Below are positions 1 through 64,000 of a stretch of DNA of 64,000 bases, one piece after another. The notes under the pieces were generated by a model, which did no database searches, was not told the DNA's origin, and was given only the letters and a program-made list of their open reading frames with translations. The stretch is from Octopus vulgaris (lineage: Eukaryota). The stretch spans positions 558,001 to 622,000 of the forward strand of contig OX597819.1 of NCBI GenBank assembly GCA_951406725.2, read 5' to 3'. The position numbers were made by a program, and so were the translations under genes. Within the stretch, counting starts at the first letter, position 1; the number at the start of each line of letters is the position of its first letter.

Positions 1-629
1 TGAATAATTCGGAGAAACATTACTTTCATTATTCACACATCGTCACTCTCGTAATGCAACACTTTGTCATTTTGGTTGAAATTGAAAGTGTGAAACTATT
101 TTCACTTTCTAATGAAACCTGGTCATTGTAGAGTAATGCTTTTCAAATAACTAAAGCTGATTGTTGAGAAAACATAAAAAATATGTAAATGAAAATAAAG
201 TTTATTTGATAGCCAAACAATTACTGAATCTTTTGATACTTCATATACCAAAATCGGCAACTCAGTTTCTGAATGCATGAGGAACATATGCTCACACACA
301 AACTTTCTTTTATAGATATATTGTTGCTATTATGCAAAAAAAGTTGTAAGTCCAAAACGTTGCTTTTTCAGAAATTGAAAAAATAGTTTCACCATTCCAT
401 AGCAAAACCAGTCATCGTACTACACTTTGACAAGTTTTGATATCTTGGCATCTGAAGAGCTGGAGATGCAATAGTTTGACCAAAAGAACCAGCTATTGCA
501 AGCAAAAATAAATACTTGGGGAAAAAAAAAAGAGAGAAACCCGCATTTGGTCAAGTTTAGACATATGACAGTTTAACATAATAGCAATGATATATATACG
601 TATATGTATGTATGTGTCTCTGTGTTTAT

Positions 630-810
630 GCTGAGTCTTGACAATTGTTGGTTATCTACATATCTCTAACTTATTGGACTGGCAAAAGACACTGATAGAA
701 TTAGTGCCAAACTTAGAAAATAAGTAGAGGGGAGTTGACTTGCTTGACTAAACTCTTCACGAAGGTCGCCCAGCATGGCTGCAGTTCAATGACTGAAACA
801 AGTAAAAGGT
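630..810 (+). mobile_element. SINE 3' fragment (family of 38018-38404)
   Basis: Ends cagcatggctgcagttcaatgactgaaacaagtaaaag, the reverse complement of the tail at 38018-38060. Confidence 0.65.
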
Positions 811-850
811 AAAGAATAAGTTGCAAAAGAAGAAAAAAGGTGAGATTTAC

Positions 851-55771
<54,921 letters not shown>

Positions 55772-55925
55772 CTTGCTTTGTCCTAAAACATTTAGATAAA
55801 GTAAATAATGTAAACATATTGCAATACAGTTTTTTTCTGATAACAAGTTTTAAAAGGGGACATGAAATAACAAATTACACCTTTTATCAACAGTTTGTCT
55901 ATTTCCTAAGGATATATAATACATA

Positions 55926-56123
55926 CAGTGTGGGCCAAAAGTCATGCACAAAATATTTTCAGTATGCTCCAGAATAGTTGAAGACATTATTCAATATTTT
56001 TTTAATTGAATAAAATAAACAAATGGTGAATACACACATACTTGTACATATTGAACAAAATGGATAATAATGTAATATAAATAAAATATCCAATTTTTCG
56101 GTGTGTGACTTTTGGACCACCCT
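55926..56123. mobile_element. Tc1/mariner-type MITE
   Basis: TA-CAGTGTGGGCCAAAAGTCA ... TGACTTTTGGACCACCCT-TA. Confidence 0.65.
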
Positions 56124-56340
56124 TATTTTCATTAATAAATTGTCTATTCCTTTCACTGTATAGATTAAAAAAACACAAAAAGGATAACAGAAGGAGTTGA
56201 TAATTTTATTTCTAAATTGAATAACATTTTTTCTGTCATTTATTTCCAAATAATTGCACAATTTACAAAAAAGAAAAAAAAATCCAAGCATTATTTAACA
56301 GAGAAATATAAAGACAAATCAAGTTTTCTACATTTCCAAA

Positions 56341-56530
56341 TTAACCCTTTAGCATTCAGATTACTTCGTCAAATGTGATGCCTATTTATTCACATTGTTT
56401 TGAATTAATCCTACCATTATCTCATTGCTTTGAGATTTTGATGATGTGATTATTTACTCTGGTAAGTTTGAACATAAAACAGGTAGAATATTTCGGCTTG
56501 ATATCGCTGGTTTAAATGTTACCAAGTTAA
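56341..56530. mobile_element. piggyBac-type MITE
   Basis: TTAACCCTTTAGCATTCAGATT start; reverse-complement homolog of 49890-50113. Confidence 0.65.
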
Positions 56531-57429
56531 AAACCAGAATCTCTAGCCAGACAGATATGCCAATGGTAGAATAGTTATACATTTCTCCAAACTGTCAATG
56601 ATGTGCTGCAAGCTCAGTGACAAGACACTAAGAACTTTGGTAGTGGTGCTGAGATTCAGGAAATAGGCTGGACTACTGTTCTTAACCTTGGTCTCCTAGT
56701 GGACCAGACCAGACCAGACTGGACAAAACTAGACCCTGCATGGGTGAGCGTGTGCAGGATTTATTCTTTTACTTGTTTCAGTCATTTGAGTGGAGCTATG
56801 CTGGAGTACTACCTTGAGGAGTTTTAATTGAACAAATCAACCCCAGGTCTTATTTTTTAAGTCTAACACTTATTCTATCACTCTCTTTAGCTGAACCGCT
56901 AGCTTACAGGGATGTAAACACACCAACACCAGTTATCAAGCACTGATGGGGAGACAAAAACAAATGCACAAAGATATCTACAGGAAATGAAGTGCTTTGC
57001 TCAAGGACAAAATGTGTTGCATGGTCCTGGAATCAAACCCATGAACTTAAGATTATAAGCCCAGTACCCTAACCACTAGGCCAGGTGTCTTCACAAACTG
57101 GTTTGTTTTATATTTATTTCTCCATGATAGAATAGGTTAGATGAATATGCCCTACCCATCACCAACCTTTACCTGTTTTTTCAAATAAGGCATCTTTTAT
57201 TTTACATACCTTTGAAAGTATGAAGTGGGTGAATGATTTGTTAACAGAAGCAACAACATTACTTGACTTTCAGAGAGAACCAATGCACACACACACACCT
57301 ACCAAATATGTTCACAAATCCCTGAACTATAGGAGAAGACTTAACCTGAAATCACATGATTGTGAATTGAACTTTTTTAACCACACAACTACAACTGTAT
57401 ATCTTATCTATATATACATACATACCATC

Positions 57430-58445
57430 AATGTAGACAGAATGAAAGCTAAGTATGAGGAGACTGTGGAGATATTGAAGCAGACAAGAGAATGATTGTG
57501 ATTTGTGCAAAATTGAAAAGATCTGCAACCAAACTCCTCAAGGGCAAGAAACAGTAATACTTCTAAGATGAGTAAAAGTGGTGATAGGGGCGGGTGTGTG
57601 TGCATACTGTTAACTAAGCAATGAATAGCTAAATTAATTGAGGTAGTTGGGAAGCGAAGCTGGATAAGTATACCAAAAATAGTCATAGACAACACTACAG
57701 AAGCATTCATTTTCAAGCATATCTCATAATCAGAATTGGCAGACAAACAGAACCAATACTATGAGGCCCTTCTGGAGATTACCGTAACAATGATTAGCAA
57801 CAACTTCATTATCAGAGTTGGTCAAAATGACAATGGCACCAATGATATTCATTTGTGCATGGCCTTGGCATGAAAAGTTAAGAGAGTGTAAGGCCCCAAG
57901 AGTGAGGCGATGCAACTGAACTAACAATTTGCAATATACACTTCAAGAAGCCAGCTAGCCATCTCATCACCTACCAATATGGTCAACAGATTTCATTTTC
58001 ACAATGAAATGAGATTGACAGACCTTTGTAAAGACCAAAGTCTTTCTTAGACTACCCAACATAGATTAGTGGCTAGATATTTCAGAGTCAGAGCTAAGTA
58101 GATTAGAGACAGAAGACAATATAGAGAATACACAAAGTTAAAAGATCTGTAGTTGGTTATAGGTTCAGAGACATTGTTATTGACATATATGACTATAAAA
58201 AAAAAACAAAAACTAAGTATAATGGTGTAGTAAGTAAAATGTGAGTCAATGATGGGTTCAGTAGTCAATTTAGTATGAAGGTAAGAGTCAAAAGAAGCTT
58301 GGTCCTCAGCCCTCTCCCATTCACCACAGGCCTACAGTCATCACAAAAGAGTTTAAGACTGATCAACCATGGCAACTGCTATTTGCTGACGATATAGTTC
58401 TCACAGCTGTATCTGTGGTAGAATTAGAGAGAAATTTCCAGGTGT
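57430..58445 (+). mobile_element. Degenerate RTE LINE relic
   Basis: SALSPLPF and PWQLLFADDIVL remnants at 58300-58405. Confidence 0.6.
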
Positions 58446-58449
58446 GCTT

Positions 58450-58787
58450 TATGGCACAAAAGAAACCACTTTAAACTTGCAAAAATAATATTCAGGATGC
58501 CTTACCTCTACTAAATAGAGAAGCAGATGTGTTATGTAAGATTAATTTTGAGGACCTGATTGAAGACTTTGCAATTAAAAAAAATAGAAAACTTCTCAAA
58601 TATAAATAAAATGGAAGTATACAAAAGTAAACATTATTTTCCATCTTACTGCTAGTTTTGTTTCATTTTGAAATATAAAAAAATTATTTTATGGTTTATT
58701 ATTGTTTATATTTTGAATTACCTATGTATGGGGGCATCAAAATCTTTTAAGTGCTTAGGGCCTCCATGAGTCTTAATCTGGCCCCGA
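58450..58787 (+). mobile_element. hAT element 3' fragment nested in the RTE relic
   Basis: KINFEDLIEDFAIKKNRK remnant; gggcctcc...ttaatctggccc terminus. Confidence 0.55.
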
Positions 58788-59377
58788 CCAGATGTAGTGT
58801 GTAAGTGGAGACTGCTGCATACACAAGTCCTGAGTGCTTGTTCAAAAAGGAGACCAAGTGTTAAGGTTGACCTGAAGATGCTACTTCTCACAGAGGAGAT
58901 TTCAAAGGACCAGATTGACTGATAATATGTGGTGCTAGAGAAGACACATCCACCCATGAGAAAACACACATTAACACATGTGCATAAGCTACAATATCAA
59001 CATCATCATCATTTAATGTCTATTTTCTATGCTGGTATGGGTTGGATGGTTTGACTGAAAACTAGTAATCTGATTTGGCATAGTTTCTACAGCTGGGTGC
59101 CCTTCCTAACACCAACAACTCCAAAAGTGAAGGGAGTGTTTTTTATGTGCCACCAGCACGGGTGTCAGTTACAAAACATTGGCATTGGCCACTACTTGTG
59201 ATCTCACTTGGCTTGACAGGTTTTCTGAAGCCCAGTACATTGCCAAAGGTCTTGCTCACTTGTCACTGCCTTTGTGAAGCCCAAGGTTTGAAGGGTGCTC
59301 CTTGTGTCACTGGCGCAGGTGCCAGTTATGTGGCACCGGCCACAGCTATAATACAATATATATCACATATATATATC

Positions 59378-59742
59378 TTTTATTTGTTTCAGTCATTAGA
59401 CTGCGGCCATGCTGGGGCACTGCCTTGGAGAATTTTTGTCAAATAAATTGAACCCAGTACTTATTCTTTTTTTAATAGAAAGCTTGATACTTATTCTATT
59501 GGTCTCTTTTGGCTAACTGCTAAGTTACGGAGTCATAAACAAACCAACACAAGTTGTCAAGCAGTGATGGGGGACAAACACAGGCACATACCTGATAAGC
59601 TTCTTTCAGTTTGTCAACTAAGTCTAATCACAAGGTTTTGGTTGGCCCATGGCTATAGTAGAAGACACTTACCCAAGATGTCATGCAGTGGGACTGAACT
59701 CGGAACTATGTGGTTGGGAAGCAAGCTTCTTACTACACAGGC
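59378..59742 (-). mobile_element. tRNA-derived SINE
   Basis: Homologous to 38018-38404. Confidence 0.8.
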
Positions 59743-60035
59743 CCCTGATGAAAGAAGTCAGTCTTATGGTAATATCAATATGTGACAATTTACTGACTGC
59801 ATAGCCATGACTTTTTGCACATATCATCATGTTTATCTGCATCAATATCTTCATAACAGCTCATTTGGATTTTGCTAATAGCCAACTTTTATCCCATGGA
59901 CCAACTCCTCGATAAAGATTTTAAGTTCAAATCATTTGAGCACTACTACATGTTTTCTATATGGAGCATTACAAGCTGTCATCTTTTGACTCTGTGTGTG
60001 TGTGTGCATATTATATTATATATATATATATTAGA

Positions 60036-61805
60036 TTAGAATCGAAGGGCCTTAGAATCAACCTAGCCAAAACCAAAGTCCTAATAAGTAGGAAGGTAGA
60101 CCAACCACAAACACCTTCAGGTAGATAGCCCTGCTTGATCTGTAGAAAAGGTGTAGGTAGAAACTTTATAAGATGCACCAAGTGTAAGCTATGGACACAT
60201 AAGAGGTGCAGCAATGTCAAAGGAAGGCTAACTAGGAAAATAGTTTTTGTCTGTGGCAGATGCTCAGGAGCAATAAACACTGAAAATGTGCAGAGACCAA
60301 CTTCTACCACATTCCAGGGAGAAAAACTAGAAGTAGTTGATAGCTTCCACTACCTAGGTGACCAAGTCAGTAGTGGGGGTGGGTGTGCTGAAAGTGTAAC
60401 TGCTAGAGTAAGAATAGCCTGGGCAAAGTTTAGAGAGCTCTTACCCCTGCTGGTGACAAAAGGCCTCTCGCTCAGAGTAAAAGGCAGACTGTATGACGCA
60501 TGTGTACGTACAGCCATGCTACATGGTAGTGAAACATGGGCCGTGACTGCTGAGGATATGTGTAAGCTTGCAAGAAATGAAGCCAGTATGCTCCGATGGA
60601 TGTGTAATGTCAGTGTTCATAATCGTCAGAGTGTAAGTACCTTGAGAGAAAAGTTGAACCTAAGAAGCGTCAGTTGTGGTGTGCAAGAGAGACGGCTGCG
60701 CTGGTATGGTCATATGACGAGAATGGCTGAAGATAGTTGTGTGCAAAAGTGCTACACCCTAGCAGTTGAGGGAACCTGTGGAAGAGGTAGACCCAGGAAA
60801 ACCTGGGACGAGGTGGTGAAGCACGACCTTCAAACTTTAGGTCTCACCAAGGAAATGACTAGAGACCGAGACCTATGGAAGTATGCTGTGCGTGAGAAGA
60901 CCCGGCAAGACTAGTGAGACCATAACCCGTGGCCTCTACCTGGTATGTAGCCAGTCGACTTATACATACCTTTCCTTCTTGGGACACAAAACTCCACTTG
61001 TGAAGACCCGTTGAGGCAAGTGAAAATCAAATCAAACCAAATCAAATCAGATCAGAAAGCAGTACCAAAATCGAAGTCGATCAACATCAATGGAAATTGC
61101 AGCTGTGATACCAGTGCTGGTGACAAGTAAGCGAACCATCAGATCGTGGCCGTTGCCAGTGCCGCCCCGACTGGCCTCCGTGCCGGTGGCACGTAAAAAG
61201 CACCATCCGTTTGTGGCCGCTGCCAGCCTCGCGTGTCCCCCATGCCGGTGGCACGTAAAAAGCACCATCCGATCGTGATCGTTGCCAGCTGTGCCTGGCC
61301 CCTGTGCCAGTGGCACGTAAAAAGTACCATCCGTTCGTGGCCGTTGCCAGCCTCGTGTACCCCCCGTGCCGGTGGCACGTAAAAAGCACCATCTGATCGT
61401 GATCGTTGCCAGCTGCGCCTGGCCCCTGTGCTGGTGGCACGTAAAAAGTACCATCCGTTCGTGGCCGTTGCCAGCCTCGTGTCCCCCCCGTGCCGGTGGC
61501 ACGTAAAAAGCACCATCTGATCGTGATCGTTGCCAGCTGCGCCTGGCCCCTGTGCTGGTGGCACGTAAAAAGCACCATCCGATTGTGGTCGTTTGTCAGC
61601 TCCGTCTGGCACCTGTGTGGGTGGCACGTAAAAAGCACCCACTACACTCACGGAGTGGTTGGTGTTAGGAAAGGCATCCAGCCGTAGAAACACTGCCAGA
61701 TCAGACTGGGCCTGATGCAGCCTTCTGGCTGCACAGACCCCAGTTGAACCGTCCAACCCATGCTAGCATGGAAAGCGGACGCTAAATGATGATGATGATG
61801 ATGAT
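60036..61805 (+). mobile_element. 5'-truncated, relatively young RTE LINE (ORF2 C-terminus, 3'UTR, (GAT)n tail)
   Basis: LESKGLRINLAKTKVL, stop at 60126, then ORF 60135-60914 with LEVVDSFHYLG, RVRIAWAKF, MLHGSETW, RLRWYGHM, RGRPRKTW; inserted in a (TA)n tract. Confidence 0.92.
61135..61640 (+). repeat. 8 x 62-bp tandem array in the RTE 3'UTR
   Basis: gtggcacgtaaaaag at 61186, 61248, 61310, 61372, 61434, 61496, 61558, 61621. Confidence 0.9.
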
Positions 61806-63079
61806 ATATATATATACACAAATACATACCACTCTTTGCCACACTCACCTGTCCTTATAATGAAAGACAGTTCTAGATCCCTCTACACAACCAACCCTAT
61901 CACCTCTACATGCTCTCCTTTTCACAATAATCCCCATGACTAATCTCTTTTTTTCCCCCTGTTGCCTGCCATACTCTGCTCCCTACCCATTAGTGACTCC
62001 CCACAATCCTTTTGAAACTGTAAATCCCTTCCTTTCATTTTACTGTCACTCATTCAAACGCCTGCTACTGCCCAGTTTCTTTTCTCAGTTATAAGAGTCA
62101 CTCTATAAAGTGGTTGGCATTAGAATGAGCATCTGGTTTTAGACATTGAAGCATGAAACAGTCCCCAGACTCACTCGTCAGATCCTATTGTACTGTCTAA
62201 CCCATGCCATTATGGAAGCCAGACATTAAATTACATAATACATACACACAATATTTCACCACAATTGTCTTATGTCTAAGTTTACTTTTGGCTTCTAAAC
62301 ACCAACCACTTTACAAGCATATTTGATGAGATCCCTTATGCATACCTGTCAAGATGCAAGATGGGTGGGAAGGTTAGAGTGGCAAGAATTAGGATTGTGG
62401 AAGGGGATGGGGGCAAGGATCAAATAGGTCCTGTGGCGTCCCTAATTACAAAAGAAGCCATCTATGATGAATAGAAGTTCACTGTTATTCTTTGTCATAT
62501 TAACAGCATAGAACAATAACATTAACTTTGTTGATACCAACTCAGATGAGAGCATCTCTGGTTCTATGATACAAACCTCTTGTTTCAAAGTGATCTAAAA
62601 ACTTTCTATCAAAATTTCATATTTTGATGTTCCAAACACCAGCTTTAATAATGACAAAGTTATTTTACCAAATTCTTTATTATTTACGAAATTAAGTGAA
62701 AGAAAGGTAGTGTAGTTCAACAAAAAACAGCATAAATGATAAAGGCTTAACCAATAGAGACTTGCATTACTGTAGCATGGATGGTAGATAAATAATAAAG
62801 AGATGTGATAAGGATGTCAAGGGATGAAAGGCTACCAAAGCGACCAAGGATGTAGATTTGACAGTATGCAAATCATTACCATTTAATGCCTGTTTTCCAT
62901 AGATTAGACAGTTAGACAGGAGCTGACCAGCCAGAGAACTGTCCAGGCTCCAATCGTCTGTTTTGGCATGATTGCTATGATTGGATGCCCTACCTAATAT
63001 TAACCAGTTTACAGTGTGCCTTTTATGTGCTACCATGCCACCAAAGACATGCCCTCTTCCTCTTCCCATAGGCTCCCAA

Positions 63080-64000
63080 ACGTTAAAAAAACCAACCATA
63101 AATGTAGATATGATGAAAAGTAGGCCTGGTGAGATTGTGGAGATGCTGGAGTAGAGATGAGTGGAAGTGTGCAAGAGGTAAGATAGAAAGGAGCCTCAAC
63201 AAAACTCCTCACAAGTAAGAGACAATATGAATTCTTCTGAGTGAGTAATAGAGGCAGTAAGGATGGGGTAGGAATACTGTTAGTTGAAAAATGGACAAAA
63301 TAATTGAGAGAGTCAAGGTATGCGATAGGACAAATAAGATGAAACTAGCTATAGACAACTCAACAGTGACATTCAATTCCTCATATGTCCAGCAGGCAGG
63401 ATTAACAGAACAAAAGAACTGCTTCTATGATATCCTGTTGTAGTTTACTCAATGACAACTGACAGTGACTTACTGTGACAAATGACTTCAATAGACATGT
63501 TGGCCAACACAATGATGGCTTCTGTGACATACAAAGCAGCTAGGGATATAGTTCAAGAAAGGAAGAGGGTGTAAGTCTTCTGAGTTCTGTGAATCAACTG
63601 ATCTAACAATTTGTAACATTTTAAGCCAACCAACCATTCCACCACCAGAAAGCAGGAACTGAAGGGCTATTGTAAATATCAATACCTTTCCTGGTGAAAA
63701 CTACAACATGGACTTGTGGCTAATGACTTCAGAGCTACGCAGACACAAGAAGTTGACATAGAGAAGGAAGATTTAAAAATGAAAAGATCCTGCAACTGGA
63801 ATAGGTTTAGAGAAATTCCAATCAATGCATATGATTGGGGAGAAAAAAATTTGAATGTCTATAGCATAGATGATGACAACTGGGAATTTCTATGAAATAA
63901 CCTGCTTAGGGTTACAGATCCGATATGGAGCTGGGGCAATGTCCCTACCAAACTAAAGGTAGTGGAGGTGGAATGACACAATTGATTGGGTAGTAAAGAT
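63080..64000 (+). mobile_element. Degenerate RTE endonuclease-region relic (continues beyond window)
   Basis: VQEVR*KG, GVGILL and DFNRHVG remnants. Confidence 0.6.

Noticed and set aside
1-320. Possible end of another Helitron-like element (cacacaaactttcttttatagatata)
   Set aside because: Only weak similarity to the 22839 terminus, and the other end lies outside the window.
61135-61640. CRISPR-like periodic array (also 49330-49642)
   Set aside because: The apparent spacers are homologous to each other, no cas genes are present, and the array sits in a eukaryotic LINE 3'UTR.
61047-61756. Long minus-strand ORFs (151-205 aa)
   Set aside because: They result from the GC-rich tandem array; translations are repetitive with no domain.

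Overview
AT-rich, repeat-dense animal genomic DNA. The SINE and LINE families resemble those of octopus (coleoid cephalopod); this is an inference from repeat recognition. One host gene spans most of the window on the minus strand: the chromatin-remodelling ATPase INO80. I traced 27 GT-AG coding exons from the ATG at 55771 down to 851. They join in one open frame of 3441 nt (about 1147 aa) covering the N-terminus, the HSA/DBINO helix, the SNF2 ATPase N-lobe ([12 protein letters not shown]), the INO80 insertion and the start of the C-lobe. The 3' exons lie left of the window and the 5'UTR exon was not located. Introns are filled with tRNA-derived SINEs, RTE and CR1/L2 LINE relics, piggyBac derivatives and MITEs, hAT and Tc1/mariner relics, Helitron/Helentron-type elements, foldback elements and microsatellites. 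Most notable: (1) a very AT-rich, CpG-retaining Penelope-like insert carrying a hammerhead-ribozyme-like motif; (2) an RTE family with a C4HC3 PHD finger inside the reverse transcriptase and a 62-bp stem-loop array in its 3'UTR; (3) long near-perfect inverted repeats in the pre-mRNA, one starting 16 nt from a splice donor; (4) an intronic promoter-like or solo-LTR-like module.
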